A stretch of DNA of 64,000 bases, from assembly GCA_024401025.1 (NCBI GenBank), contig JAKSLV010000001.1, positions 6,643 through 70,642 of the forward strand, in the 5' to 3' direction. This stretch comes from Bacteroidales bacterium. Its GTDB lineage: Bacteria; Bacteroidota; Bacteroidia; Bacteroidales; UBA3824. Below the pieces are notes generated by a model. That model did not search any database. It was not told the DNA's origin and saw nothing but the letters and a program-made list of their open reading frames with translations. The stretch's first letter is position 1. Each line of letters begins with the position of its first letter. Of this stretch, positions 1 through 15,400 are shown in pieces. The translations under genes were made by a program, and so were the position numbers.

Positions 1-3092
<3,092 letters not shown>

Positions 3093-3093
<1 letters not shown>

Positions 3094-5297
3094 TGAGAGT
3101 TGGCCATGTATACATATTAATATTATTGATCTCTATCTCCAATATCAGCTGTGGCAAGGATTTCTATGTCTACAACCTTGCCACGGATATGATAATGGAG
3201 ACCGATGTGGTGTTTTCTGACGGTTTCAGGTCAGATATGAAACTCTCGGAGATGGCAGCCGACAGTACCGGAAAGCTTAGCGTGGCCGAGATCCACAGCA
3301 AGTTTCCGCTGATGTCGTGGATGATATGGGCCGGCGATAGGAGGGATGTGTATCAGCAATCGTACCGCATAATTGTGGATACGTTGCTCAGCAACATATC
3401 CGCCGGGATAGGCTCTGTATGGGATTCGGGCGATGTGGAGGATGCCAATTCGGTGTGTGTGCGCTACGGCGGACCTCAGCTGGAGCCTGCCACGGTATAT
3501 TACTGGAGTGTAAGCATCAGGGACAGCCGCGGACGCTCCACAGATTTTTCCGAGCCCAAGGCTTTCATGACGGCGGTGGAGCTGGACGGATACACCTCGG
3601 TGCTTCCGCTTGAGAAAACCGTGCAGCAGCCCGTTTCCATGCACAAGATTGGAAACTGCCTGCTGGCAGATTTCGGCAGCGACCTCTTCGGGCAGCTGCT
3701 CCTAAGGTTCAATTCTTTTACCGGCGAGAAAGACAAGGTCTACATCCATCTTGGCGAATCGCTGCTGGGCAATGCCCTCATCGACGACGAGCCTCAGGGT
3801 CTGGGCCGATACAGCAAATACGAAGTGGACCTGGTGAAGGGATACAACCGCTATCAGGTTCAATATCAATACAATCCAAGAAACACCGACCCCAACGTGA
3901 ACGGAGGCGCCGTGCCAGTGCTGATGCCGCCGTTGATAGGCGAGGTGATGCCTTTCAGGTATGTGGAGATCGACGACTACAACGGTCCGCTGCTCTACAG
4001 CAACATCACGCGCCACGCCGTAACGTATCCTTTCGACGACAAGGCGTCGCACTTCGTGTGCAGCGACACGGTTGTCAACAAGGTGTGGAATCTCTGCAAG
4101 CACACCATGAAGGCCACATCGTTTGCCGGTACTTTTGTGGATGGCGACCGCGAGCGCATCACCTACGAGGCCGATACCTACGTGGCACAGCTATCGCACT
4201 ACGCCGTCGACTACAATTATTCCCTGGCGCGCAACACTCTGGAGAGGCTCATGTATCATCCCACCTGGCCCACCGAGTGGATTCTGCTTACAGTTTCGCT
4301 GGCCTACAACGACTATCTATACACCGGCGACGCATCTTTCCTGGAGCAATATTACGAGGAGCTTAAGCTGCGCACTCTATGGCAGTACGCGTCGGACGAC
4401 GACCACCTGCTGCATTCCGGCTTCGACATCACCGATACGCATCTGCTGCGTCAGCTGCATACCCACAGCCAATACATCCGCGATATTGTGGACTGGCCCA
4501 AGATGGAGCGCGACGGATATTCCCTTGATGAGTGCAACGCCTCCACCAACGCCTTCTACTATAAGGCGCTCTATGATTTCGCAAAAATAGCCCAGGCCGT
4601 GGGCAACAGCCGCGATGCCAGATGTTTCGAGCAGCTGGCCAGCCAAACCCGCGACGCCATCAACGAGGCTTTCATAGAAAACCGCCTCTATGCCGATAAT
4701 CTTGTGGACAGCCACGTATCGCTGCATTCCAACATGTATCCAATGTCGATGGGCGTGATGCCCGATTCCATAATGCCCAAGGTGTCAAGGTTGGTATTGC
4801 AGAAGGGGATGGCCTGCTCGGTGTTCGGCGCTCAGTTTCTGCTGGATGCCTTGTATGATTACGAGTATCAGGACCAGGCCCTTGCCTTGCTTGCCGATAC
4901 CAGCAGCCGCTCATGGTACAACATGATACGCATGGGATCCACCATCACCACCGAGGCCTGGAACGACGAGGTGAAGGACAATATGGACTGGAACCACGCC
5001 TGGGGCGCATCGCCTGCCAATATCATTACCCGCCGTCTGATGGGCATAAGGCCTCTGGAGCCGGGTTTCTCGCGCGTGGAGATACGGCCTCAGACCTCCA
5101 GCCTAAGCCATGCGCATATAAAATCGCCCACTCCGCGCGGACCCGTTACGGTGGATGTAAGCTCTGTGGGCAAAAACGAGAAAATGCTTACCGTAACCAT
5201 TCCTCCCAATATGACCGCCGAGATTTACGTGCCCGGACAGGACAGCGACAGCGGTCCCGAGGTGGTGGGCTCTGGCCATTATAAATTCAAGTTTTAG
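3093..5297 (+). CDS. Alpha-L-rhamnosidase (GH78 family), possibly a lipoprotein
   Basis: Part of ORF 3036..5297. N-terminal rhamnosidase signature PLMSWMIWAGDRRDVYQQSYRIIV...WDSGDVEDANSVCVRYGGPQLEPATVYYWSVSIRD, and C-terminal NHAWGASPANIITRRLMGIRPLEPGFSRVEIRPQ. The start is uncertain. GTG 3093 overlaps the thiC stop (taGTG) and gives MRVGHVYILILLISISNISC, a possible lipoprotein signal. The alternatives are GTG 3036 and ATG 3189. Confidence 0.8.
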
Positions 5298-5305
5298 CAA
5301 TACAA

Positions 5306-6160
5306 ATGTTCGTCTATGTGATATTGCATTACAGAACCCTGCAGCTCACCATCGACTGCGTGGGCAGCCTCCGCTCCAATTTTCCGGCCAGCCATATTGT
5401 GGTGGTAGACAATGGCTCGGGCGATGGCAGCGGCGATGCCCTTGTGTCCATGTATCAGCACTGCGATATGGTGGATGTGCTGGTAAGCGGCAATAATCTG
5501 GGGTTCGCATCAGGCAACAATCTGGGCTACGAATTCGCGGTAAGGAAATACTCGCCCGATTTCGTGGTGGTGATGAACAACGATGTGCTGATATCTGATA
5601 CTGCTTTTGAGGGCAGCATCAGCTCTTATATGCAAAGCCGCAATGTGGATGTGTGCGGCCCCGACATACTCACACCCGATGGCGATCATCAGAATCCACT
5701 GATGCTGAGGCCTTTCGGCAGCTTCAGGATTATAAAGCAGATGATCATAGATGCCCTGAGGCTGCTGTGTCTGAGGCTGGGGCTGATGCAGGAGCGCATA
5801 CTGGGCACGTATGGCAGCATCAGCGCGCAATACCACAAGCAGCATGCCGAGATTTCCGCCGTGGGCAACTGCATAGTGCACGGCGCCTGCGTGGTGTTTT
5901 CACGGAGATATTCCAGCAACGTGCCGCATGCCTTTGTGCCTGTAACTTTCCTTTATGGCGAGGAGATGATTCTATACGATTTCTGCAAGCGCCGCGGATA
6001 TTCCACGGGCGTGTGCCCCTCTGCCAGGGTGCTGCATCTTGGCGGCAAGAGCACTATGGCCAGCGCATCGCAGAAGGAGCGACAGATTTTCAAGATCAGG
6101 CAGACCCTGAGGTCGATGTATCAGCTTATAAAGCTGAGGCTCTTTCCCGGAAAATATTAA
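5306..6160 (+). CDS. Glycosyltransferase family 2 (rhamnosyltransferase-like)
   Basis: VVVDNGSGDGSGDAL, NLGFASGNNLGY and VVMNNDVLI motifs. Starts 8 nt after the GH78 stop. Confidence 0.8.
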   Translation: MFVYVILHYRTLQLTIDCVGSLRSNFPASHIVVVDNGSGDGSGDALVSMYQHCDMVDVLVSGNNLGFASGNNLGYEFAVRKYSPDFVVVMNNDVLISDTAFEGSISSYMQSRNVDVCGPDILTPDGDHQNPLMLRPFGSFRIIKQMIIDALRLLCLRLGLMQERILGTYGSISAQYHKQHAEISAVGNCIVHGACVVFSRRYSSNVPHAFVPVTFLYGEEMILYDFCKRRGYSTGVCPSARVLHLGGKSTMASASQKERQIFKIRQTLRSMYQLIKLRLFPGKY

Positions 6161-6220
6161 ATTATCTATAAATATAGGCCTCTTAACTTTTATTTACATG
6201 CATAAGTGAAAAAAAATATT

Positions 6221-6228
6221 TACTTTTG
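6221..6228 (+). promoter_or_regulatory. -7 box TActTTTG
   Basis: TAnnTTTG match, 26 nt upstream of ATG 6254. Confidence 0.45.
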
Positions 6229-6253
6229 CATCCGATTACATTAGTCACGAAAA

Positions 6254-7939
6254 ATGCTGAAAAAACTTGATATATTTCTGCTGAAATCATACGCAGGACC
6301 ATTGGTGGCCACATTCTTCATATCATTGTTTGTGCTGCTGATGCAGTTTCTGTGGAAATACATCGACGACCTTGTGGGCAAGGGACTTGATGCCTCTGTG
6401 GTTGCCGAGCTTATGTGCTATGCATCCATCAGCCTGATACCCATGGCCCTGCCTCTGGCCATTCTGCTGGCATCCATCATGACTTTCGGAAACCTGGGCG
6501 AGAAGTTCGAGCTTACCGCCATCAAGGCAGCCGGAATATCCATACAGCGCACCATGCGTCCGCTGTTTTTCACCACCCTGGCCATCAGCCTTGGTGCTTT
6601 CTATGTGGCCAACAACCTTATTCCACTGGCCAACCTCAAGATGTCGGCGCTGCTGTGGTCGATAAAACAGCAGAGGCCCGAGCTCAGCATCAAGCCTCAC
6701 ATGTTCAACAACGACATCGAGAACTTCAGCATAAGAATCTCCAGCAAGGACCCCATCACAAACATGATGTACGATTTTGTGGTATACGACCACACTCCGC
6801 CTTCTGGAAACGGAGGATCGGGCGACAACCGTACCGTGATAGTGGCCGATTCGGGCATGATGAAGATGACCGAGAACAGCCGTTACATGATTGTGACTCT
6901 ATACAACGGTATCATGTATGAGGAGGAGATAGAGAAAGCTCCCAAAAACTATCCCAGAAGAAAGGACGAGTTCAGCGAGCAGACTTTCGTGTTCGACCTC
7001 TCCAATCTGGATTTCAGCCGCACCGACGAGAATCTTTTCAAGAACAATTATCAGGTGAAGGACGTAAGTGAGCTGGCCAGAAGCACCGACTCGCTTCAGA
7101 ATATATTCAGCAGACGTACCGACGAGTTTTTTCAGGAGCTTACAGTGGCTTACTACCTTAAGGCGTCGGATCAGCCCATTAAGAAGTTTGCCGATTCGGT
7201 GAACGCCACACGCCGGCAGCGTACCTACTGGAACCCTTCGTCGGGATACAACGATCTCTCCGAGATGGACGAGCGCATGATGATGAAGGACTCGGCTTTC
7301 CTGCGCGAGGATTCCGCCATAAGGGGCATAATAACCCATTTCACCGATTCGGTTTTCAACGGAGTGTACAGCATCAGCCCCGAGAATATGAAGATTGTGG
7401 TGGATCTCGACAGTGTATACGAGAATATGAGCCGCGTGGACAGGCTGCGCCTTCTGGAAACCACCAAGCAGTATGTGAACGAGACTCAGCAGGCCGTGGT
7501 GACCCGTTGCGAGGATTTTGCCGACCGCAGGCGCCTGATAGCCAAGTACCGCAACGCCTGGCATCAGAAATTTACTCTGTCGTTTGCGTGCATGATATTC
7601 TTCTTTATCGGCGCGCCTCTCGGAGCCATTATTCGTAAGGGCGGTTTCGGACTGCCTATCGTGGTAAGCATCGCGGTGTTTATCGTGTACTACATGATAT
7701 CCACAGCCGGCATGAAGATGGCCCGCGATGGCATGTGGGAGTCATGGCAGGGCATGTGGCTTAGCTCGGTGGTGATTTTGCCTTTTGGAGTGTTCCTTAC
7801 CTACAAGGCCACCGTGGACGCTCCGCTGTTCGAATCTGACTTCTGGAAGAAAATGTTTGCTCCAATCATCAATATTTTCAAGAAGAAGAAGGCTGAAGAT
7901 ACCGACGCCGTTACCGACAGATTATCAAAGAACGAATAG
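6254..7939 (+). CDS. LptF/LptG (YjgP/YjgQ) family LPS-export permease with a large periplasmic insert
   Basis: N-terminus MLKKLDIFLLKSYAGPLVATFFISLFVLLMQFLWKYIDDLVGKGLD is typical of this family. Multiple TM helices at both ends. Confidence 0.8.
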   Translation: MLKKLDIFLLKSYAGPLVATFFISLFVLLMQFLWKYIDDLVGKGLDASVVAELMCYASISLIPMALPLAILLASIMTFGNLGEKFELTAIKAAGISIQRTMRPLFFTTLAISLGAFYVANNLIPLANLKMSALLWSIKQQRPELSIKPHMFNNDIENFSIRISSKDPITNMMYDFVVYDHTPPSGNGGSGDNRTVIVADSGMMKMTENSRYMIVTLYNGIMYEEEIEKAPKNYPRRKDEFSEQTFVFDLSNLDFSRTDENLFKNNYQVKDVSELARSTDSLQNIFSRRTDEFFQELTVAYYLKASDQPIKKFADSVNATRRQRTYWNPSSGYNDLSEMDERMMMKDSAFLREDSAIRGIITHFTDSVFNGVYSISPENMKIVVDLDSVYENMSRVDRLRLLETTKQYVNETQQAVVTRCEDFADRRRLIAKYRNAWHQKFTLSFACMIFFFIGAPLGAIIRKGGFGLPIVVSIAVFIVYYMISTAGMKMARDGMWESWQGMWLSSVVILPFGVFLTYKATVDAPLFESDFWKKMFAPIINIFKKKKAEDTDAVTDRLSKNE

Positions 7940-7957
7940 TAAATATCCAATAATAAT

Positions 7958-9157
7958 ATGAATACAATAGAAGAGGCAATTGCAGAATTTGCCAAGGGAA
8001 ACATAATAATTGTAGTAGACGACGAGGATCGCGAAAACGAGGGCGACTTTGTGACCGCCGCCGAGACCATCACCGAGGAGAAGATAAACTTCATGCTCCA
8101 GAATGGCCGTGGCGTGCTTTGTGCTCCCATCACTATATCAAGGGCCAGCGAGCTGAAGCTTCCTCATCAGGTAGATGACAACACTTCCATCCTAGGCACT
8201 CCATTTACAGTAACTGTAGACAAGATAGAAGGCTGCACCACTGGAGTATCAGTGCATGACAGAACCGCCACCATAAAGGCACTGGCCGATCCCAAATCCA
8301 TTCCCGAGACATTTGCGCGTCCCGGCCACATAAATCCTCTCTACGCTCAGGACCGCGGCGTTCTCAAGCGTGCAGGACATACCGAGGCCGCTGTGGATTT
8401 TGCGCGTCTGGCAGGGCTGCATCCTTCGGCTGCACTCATCGAGATACTCAACGAGGATGGCACAATGGCGCGACTGCCTCAGCTCGAGGAGGTTGCCAGA
8501 AAATTCAACCTTAAGATTGTTTCCATAAAGGACCTGATAGCATACAGGCTTAAGAGCGAGACCACCGTGGAGCGCGGTCCCGAGGTGATGATGCCTACCA
8601 AATACGGCGAGTTCAAGATGACGGTTTTCCGTCAGCTGAGCAACGGTCTGGAGCACTCCGCCCTCGTAAAGGGCACTTGGGAGCCCGACGAGCCTATCCT
8701 GGTGCGCGTACACTCTTCATGCGTTACTGGTGATATTTTCGGAAGCTACCGTTGCGACTGCGGCGATCAGCTCCACAAGGCCATGGAGGAGATAGAGAAG
8801 GCCGGCAAGGGCATTCTCCTGTATATGAATCAGGAGGGCAGGGGCATCGGCCTCTTCAACAAGATAAAGGCATACAAGCTTCAGGAGGAAGGTCTCGACA
8901 CCGTGGAGGCAAACGTTCATCTGGGTTTCGATCCCGACGAGCGCGATTACGGCGTCGGCGCCGAGATTCTGCGTCAGCTTGGTGTGCAGAAGATGAGGCT
9001 GCTTACCAACAATCCCGTAAAACGCGTGGGCCTGGAGGCTTTCGGCCTTCAGATTACCGAGAACGTACCCATAGAGATACCTACCAACAAGTTCAACCAC
9101 AGATATATGCAGACCAAGCGCGATCGTATGGGACATACGCTCAGCGACCTCAATTAA
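7958..9157 (+). CDS. ribBA: Bifunctional 3,4-dihydroxy-2-butanone-4-phosphate synthase / GTP cyclohydrolase II
   Basis: [13 protein letters not shown] (DHBP synthase half) and [21 protein letters not shown] (GCH II zinc motif). Full length, 399 aa. Confidence 0.95.
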   Translation: MNTIEEAIAEFAKGNIIIVVDDEDRENEGDFVTAAETITEEKINFMLQNGRGVLCAPITISRASELKLPHQVDDNTSILGTPFTVTVDKIEGCTTGVSVHDRTATIKALADPKSIPETFARPGHINPLYAQDRGVLKRAGHTEAAVDFARLAGLHPSAALIEILNEDGTMARLPQLEEVARKFNLKIVSIKDLIAYRLKSETTVERGPEVMMPTKYGEFKMTVFRQLSNGLEHSALVKGTWEPDEPILVRVHSSCVTGDIFGSYRCDCGDQLHKAMEEIEKAGKGILLYMNQEGRGIGLFNKIKAYKLQEEGLDTVEANVHLGFDPDERDYGVGAEILRQLGVQKMRLLTNNPVKRVGLEAFGLQITENVPIEIPTNKFNHRYMQTKRDRMGHTLSDLN

Positions 9158-9241
9158 TATATTTTTTTTGATTGATGTTGGCACAATATTATGCTACTTG
9201 CGGCTGTTTAAATTAGTGTAATTATCAACAATATTTGCAAC

Positions 9242-9949
9242 ATGAGACGCATCTTAGCAATTGCCGTGGCGCTTATTATGTCTGCCTCGTGCAGCCTGGC
9301 CCAGAAGGCTCATATCAAGAATCTTCCCAACTATGACCTCAAGACCTGGCATTTCGGCTTCACCGTTGGAATGAACAATCTTGGGTTCAGGGTGGCTAAT
9401 GCCGACGATTTCTACGATCAGAGCGGTATTTATGGCGTAGACGCCGTTAAATATACAGGATTCCATCTAGGTCCGCTTTCTAATCTGAGGCTTACTAATC
9501 ATCTGGACCTCAGGATGATGTTCAATCTATCGTTCAACCAGCGCGACCTGGTTTTCCACCGTCTGGATATGAAGGGCGAGCAGAAGGTAATGAACGAGTA
9601 TACCATGAGCATCAACAGCACCATGCTGGAATTCCCTGTCCAGATAAAATACAAGGCCGAGAGGATGACCAATTTTGCTCCATACGTTATCATGGGCGCC
9701 AATTTCAGATACGACCTGTCGGGCGAGTGCAAGCCTGCCGACGACAACTCGATTTCGTTGAAGAAGATTGATCCCTGTGTGGAGTGGGGCGTGGGTTTCG
9801 ACTGCTACCTGCCATATTTCAAGCTGGCCGTGGAGCTCAAGTACGGACTTGGACTTATGGAGACTCTGGATCCCAACGGTAAGGAGTTCGCCAACAGCAT
9901 CAAGAGTCTTAAATCGAACTCTTGGACTATTTCTTTGCATTTTGAATAG
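9242..9949 (+). CDS. Outer-membrane beta-barrel protein (porin/PorT-like family)
   Basis: Signal peptide MRRILAIAVALIMSASCSLAQ, alternating amphipathic strands, and a C-terminal aromatic ending (SWTISLHFE). The family call comes from resemblance only. Confidence 0.55.
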   Translation: MRRILAIAVALIMSASCSLAQKAHIKNLPNYDLKTWHFGFTVGMNNLGFRVANADDFYDQSGIYGVDAVKYTGFHLGPLSNLRLTNHLDLRMMFNLSFNQRDLVFHRLDMKGEQKVMNEYTMSINSTMLEFPVQIKYKAERMTNFAPYVIMGANFRYDLSGECKPADDNSISLKKIDPCVEWGVGFDCYLPYFKLAVELKYGLGLMETLDPNGKEFANSIKSLKSNSWTISLHFE

Positions 9950-9952
9950 AAA

Positions 9953-11602
9953 ATGATGAACCGAATTGTATTGACATTGGCGTGCATGATGTGCGCGATA
10001 GGCGCAATGGCTCAGGCCGGCGACGAAGATAAGACACAGAGCCACAAGATAGAGATCGTAAACTCCAACATATTGGAGGTGGACGAGTTTCACGGCTCCA
10101 ATGTAAAGGTGCTGCGTGGCGATGTGGAGTTTTATCACGACAGCGCATCGATGTTTTGCGACTCGGCTCTATACAACTCGCGCGAGAACTCTTTCCGCGC
10201 CTTTGGCCGTGTGCACATGTACAGGCTGATGCCCGAGGACGACACCGTGCACCTCTGGGGCGACTCGCTGGATTATGACGGAAAAAACCGCATGGCCAGG
10301 GTGAGGGAAAACGTTGTGATGGTGAAGGATTCCATGCGGATGGTTACCAACAACATCGATTACGACCTCGACAAGAACGTGGCCAACTATTTCGATGGAG
10401 GCACCACATATTCGGGCGAGGATACCCTGATATCAGAACTGGGATTCTTCTATCCCAAAACCAACGAACTTGTATACAACAGGGATGTGGTGATAAAGAA
10501 TCCCGACTTCAAGATGTATTCTGATACTCTCACCCACAACATAAAGAGCCGTCAGTCCACCTTCAAGGGTCCCACCGAGATTGTGGGCAAGGACAATTAT
10601 CTCTATTCGGAGCGCGGATGGTACAACCATAAGGCCGACGAGGGCACACTCACCAAAAACTCGTATCTCGTAAGCAAGCAGCACAAGCTTCAGGGCGACA
10701 CCATAATGTATTTCCGCAATCAGAAATACGGCATAGGACGCTCCAGGGTAGAGATTATGGATACTGTGGAGAACGTGCGCCTGTATGGCAACGTGGCCAA
10801 ATACTACGAGGAGCCCGAGCGCAGCCTCATCACCGACAGTGCCCTGATGTGCTACATATCCAAAAAAGACACGCTGTATCTCCATGCCGACTCCATAACA
10901 TCCATAGCCGACACGATGTATACCGCCGAGGATACCACAATATACCGCATCATAAAGGCGTTCCCACACGCCAAGATGTACCGCAGCGACATCCAGACCA
11001 TGTGCGACAGCCTTGTATACAATATGTACGACAGCGTGATAGAGATGTACAAGACTCCCGTGATATGGCACCACGAAACCCAGATTACCGCCAATCAGAT
11101 AAAACTATACACCATCGACGACGGCATCGACATGGTGGAGATGCTTCAGGAAGCCTTTGTGGCCCAGGAGGTGGACAACGTGCCGCGCTACAATCAGATA
11201 TGCGGATCCAACATGGTGGCGTATCTTGACAGCAACAAGATTTCGGAAGTGGAGGTGATGGGCAACAGCAAAACCATCTATTACACCACCGAGGACGACA
11301 CCCTGGTTACTGGCATGAACACCATAGAATCGTCCGACATGAACATCTATTTCAAGAACGGAAAGATGAAGACCCTCTGGTTCTACAAGCAGCCCAAGGG
11401 CACAATATACCCGTTGGAAGGCCTTACAAGGCGTCAGTCGTTCCTTAACGGATTTGTATGGTATGGCAATCACCGCCCGGCCCGCATGGAGGATATATTC
11501 GTATGGGGCGAGCTTAAGGAGGAGCGCATCACCGAGGCCCTCTTCATGGCTGAGGAGGAGGCCAAGCGCAAGGAGGAGGAAGAGAAACTGGAGCTGGAAT
11601 AA
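9953..11602 (+). CDS. OstA/LptD-N-terminal-like periplasmic protein
   Basis: Signal peptide, then KIEIVNSNILEVDEFHGSNVKVLRGDVEFYHDSASMFCDSALYNSRENSFRAFGRVHM, which is typical of OstA-like beta-jellyroll repeats. Glu/Lys-rich C-terminal tail. Confidence 0.55.
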   Translation: MMNRIVLTLACMMCAIGAMAQAGDEDKTQSHKIEIVNSNILEVDEFHGSNVKVLRGDVEFYHDSASMFCDSALYNSRENSFRAFGRVHMYRLMPEDDTVHLWGDSLDYDGKNRMARVRENVVMVKDSMRMVTNNIDYDLDKNVANYFDGGTTYSGEDTLISELGFFYPKTNELVYNRDVVIKNPDFKMYSDTLTHNIKSRQSTFKGPTEIVGKDNYLYSERGWYNHKADEGTLTKNSYLVSKQHKLQGDTIMYFRNQKYGIGRSRVEIMDTVENVRLYGNVAKYYEEPERSLITDSALMCYISKKDTLYLHADSITSIADTMYTAEDTTIYRIIKAFPHAKMYRSDIQTMCDSLVYNMYDSVIEMYKTPVIWHHETQITANQIKLYTIDDGIDMVEMLQEAFVAQEVDNVPRYNQICGSNMVAYLDSNKISEVEVMGNSKTIYYTTEDDTLVTGMNTIESSDMNIYFKNGKMKTLWFYKQPKGTIYPLEGLTRRQSFLNGFVWYGNHRPARMEDIFVWGELKEERITEALFMAEEEAKRKEEEEKLELE

Positions 11603-11605
11603 GCC

Positions 11606-12571
11606 CTATTTCTCCTCAATGTACATCACGCCTCCGGGTATGTCGAAATCGTCGGTCATCATGGGGCAGCCAAACACCGCGGCCTCGCCTATAAGCCTCA
11701 GGCTCTGCGGGTAGGTGATCTTCTCGAGCTTCATGCAGGTGAAAAACGCGTAGTTCTGTATGGTGTGGCATCCGCTGTTTACCTTCACCAGCAGCAGCTC
11801 CTCCACATTCTCGAACGCATAGCCGCCTATCTCGGTAATCTGTGGCGGCATCTCGTACATGGCGTCTTTTTTCTTGGGCGGATACTTCAGAAATACCGTT
11901 CTGCCCTGTCCGTCGTTCCATATCAGCGCCTCGTTGTAGCACATGAAATGCTGGTTTTCTTTTTCCACCTGAAACCTCACAATCTCGTTGCAGCCTTGGA
12001 ACGCATTGCTGCCTATGCTCTCAAGTTTGGCCGCCATGGCCACTACCTGAAGCTTGGCGCATCCTGCAAAAACCTCGTTGCCAAGGCTTCTGCACTCGTC
12101 TGGCACTATAAACCTCATGAGCCTGTCGCAGCCCCTGAATGCGCCATCGCCTATCTGAGTTACTCCGTCGGGTATGGTGATGCCGGTAAGGAAACGGCAG
12201 CCCTCAAAAGTCTCGGCCTTTATCTCCTTTACGCTGTAGGGGATGTTTATGGTGTTCAGGTTGTCGCAATATTGGAACGCCGCCCTTCCTATCTGGCTTA
12301 TCTTGGCCGGCAACACTATGCTCCTGATGCCTTTGCACTCAGCAAAACCTCTTGTGGCAATGGATGTTACGGTATACACGGTGTCGTTGTGGGTTACGGC
12401 CTGAGGTATGGCCACGTTGCCGGATATCTTGTTGTCCTCGGCCGATACGGTAACGGTGTTGCTGCCGGTTACCATGTATTTCAGGTGGCCTGTCACGAAA
12501 ACATCCTGCGGATATGCGCTGCCTGCGCAGATGGCCATTATTATCGTAAGTATCAGGGTGATTCTTCTCAT
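11606..12571 (-). CDS. Secreted leucine-rich-repeat protein (BspA-type LRR)
   Basis: Signal peptide MRRITLILTIIMAICAGSAYPQ. Repeats of the form FxxCxxLxxIxIPxxVxxIGxxAFxxC, for example FAECKGIRSIVLPAKISQIGRAAFQYCDNLNTINIP. Confidence 0.75.
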   Translation of the reverse strand: MRRITLILTIIMAICAGSAYPQDVFVTGHLKYMVTGSNTVTVSAEDNKISGNVAIPQAVTHNDTVYTVTSIATRGFAECKGIRSIVLPAKISQIGRAAFQYCDNLNTINIPYSVKEIKAETFEGCRFLTGITIPDGVTQIGDGAFRGCDRLMRFIVPDECRSLGNEVFAGCAKLQVVAMAAKLESIGSNAFQGCNEIVRFQVEKENQHFMCYNEALIWNDGQGRTVFLKYPPKKKDAMYEMPPQITEIGGYAFENVEELLLVKVNSGCHTIQNYAFFTCMKLEKITYPQSLRLIGEAAVFGCPMMTDDFDIPGGVMYIEEK

Positions 12572-12634
12572 AATTTTTTTTTCAGCTAGAGTTTATAATT
12601 ATAAAACTGATGTATCAGCCTTGTTATTTTGCCG

Positions 12635-12642
12635 CAAAGATA
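12635..12642 (-). promoter_or_regulatory. -7 box TAtcTTTG
   Basis: Reverse complement of caaagata, 64 nt upstream of ATG 12571. It abuts the T-run of the upstream terminator. Confidence 0.4.
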
Positions 12643-12681
12643 AAAAAAAGCACAGACAGCTGAAAAGAATACTGTCTGTGC
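12642..12681 (-). terminator. Rho-independent terminator of the ABC-F gene
   Basis: Perfect 10-bp stem: gcacagacag (12650..12659) pairs with ctgtctgtgc (12672..12681), with a 12-nt loop. On the minus strand it is followed by T8 (plus-strand A-run 12642..12649). It lies 34 nt downstream of the stop at 12715. Confidence 0.7.
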
Positions 12682-12714
12682 GGTTAACAATTAATTATAT
12701 AATGTCAATAGCTA

Positions 12715-14358
<1,644 letters not shown>

Positions 14359-14366
14359 TTATGCTG

Positions 14367-14374
14367 CAAAGGTA
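14367..14374 (-). promoter_or_regulatory. -7 box TAccTTTG
   Basis: Reverse complement of caaaggta, 36 nt upstream of ATG 14331. Confidence 0.45.
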
Positions 14375-14455
14375 ATAATTTTCTTTGGTATTAGCAAATT
14401 TTTGTTGCGTTAGCTGCTTTAACATTTTTTTTGTGTTATATTTTTGCTTGTGTGG

Positions 14456-14463
14456 TATTTTTG
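14456..14463 (+). promoter_or_regulatory. -7 box TAttTTTG
   Basis: TAnnTTTG match, 65 nt upstream of ATG 14528. A second match lies at 14439..14446. Confidence 0.35.
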
Positions 14464-14527
14464 ATTTAATTTTGTTAATCATAACAAAAACTACTTTTTT
14501 ATCAATTTATAAATTTTTTCCTTGCAA

Positions 14528-15370
14528 ATGTTCTTTTCAGAAAAAGTGTTGCTTTCTAATAAGGTGGAGATGCCGAGGCTTGCATTCGGCACATGGCAGA
14601 TATCGCCGTCGGATACTTTCGACTGCGTATCAGAGGCCATCAAGGTAGGCTTCAGGCATTTCGATACCGCGTTGTCGTATGGCAACGAGGCTGCCGTGGG
14701 TATGGCCATACGCAAATCAGGAATTCCCAGAGAGGAGTTTTTCGTCACCACCAAGGTTCCGGCCGAGGTAAAGTCGGCCGAGGGTGCCGATGGCGCCATC
14801 AGGGAATCGCTCTACAATCTCGATTTAGGCTATATCGATTTGCTTCTGATACATGCGCCAATGCCGTGGGAAGAGATCCGCGGAGCCAAGAGATACTACA
14901 AGGAGAACCTTGATGTATGGGGCGTGATGGAGAAATTATACGCGGGGGGCAGCATCAGGAGCCTGGGCGTTTCCAATTTCCAGCCCAGCGATGTCAACAA
15001 CATCCTTAAAAACTGCAACGATCTCCCCATGGTGAACCAGATAAAGGTGCATCCGGGCAGTTCGGCCGCCGTTACCCTGAGGGCTGCCGCCGAGAAGGGT
15101 ATTGTGCCGATGGCGTATTCGCCTCTCGGACACGGAAAAGCCCTCAGCAATCCCTACGTTGTGGAGATGGCTGAGAGATACGGAGTGTCGCCGGCAAGGC
15201 TGTGCCTCAGGTACACATTGCAGAGGGGCTGCTGTCCGGTGGTGAAATCCACCAACCCTGCCCACATGGCCGACTGCGGCAATCTGGATTTCGTTATCAG
15301 CGATGATGATATGAGGTTCCTCTCGTGCCTGGGCACAATGAAGAACCTCAAGAAATATTCTGCAAAATAG
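14528..15370 (+). CDS. Aldo/keto reductase (2,5-diketo-D-gluconate reductase-like)
   Basis: VEMPRLAFGTWQ, FDTALSYGNE (Asp and Tyr), FVTTKV (Lys) and LLLIHAP (His) make up the AKR tetrad. The ORF-track start at 14522 is TTG, so I trimmed to ATG 14528. Confidence 0.85.
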   Translation: MFFSEKVLLSNKVEMPRLAFGTWQISPSDTFDCVSEAIKVGFRHFDTALSYGNEAAVGMAIRKSGIPREEFFVTTKVPAEVKSAEGADGAIRESLYNLDLGYIDLLLIHAPMPWEEIRGAKRYYKENLDVWGVMEKLYAGGSIRSLGVSNFQPSDVNNILKNCNDLPMVNQIKVHPGSSAAVTLRAAAEKGIVPMAYSPLGHGKALSNPYVVEMAERYGVSPARLCLRYTLQRGCCPVVKSTNPAHMADCGNLDFVISDDDMRFLSCLGTMKNLKKYSAK

Positions 15371-15400
15371 TTAAGGCTCCACGCCTCATCCGGGGGCTGC

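Noticed and set aside
7940-7957. FMN riboswitch upstream of ribBA
   Set aside because: Only 18 nt separate ribBA from the upstream permease gene, which leaves no room for an RFN element.
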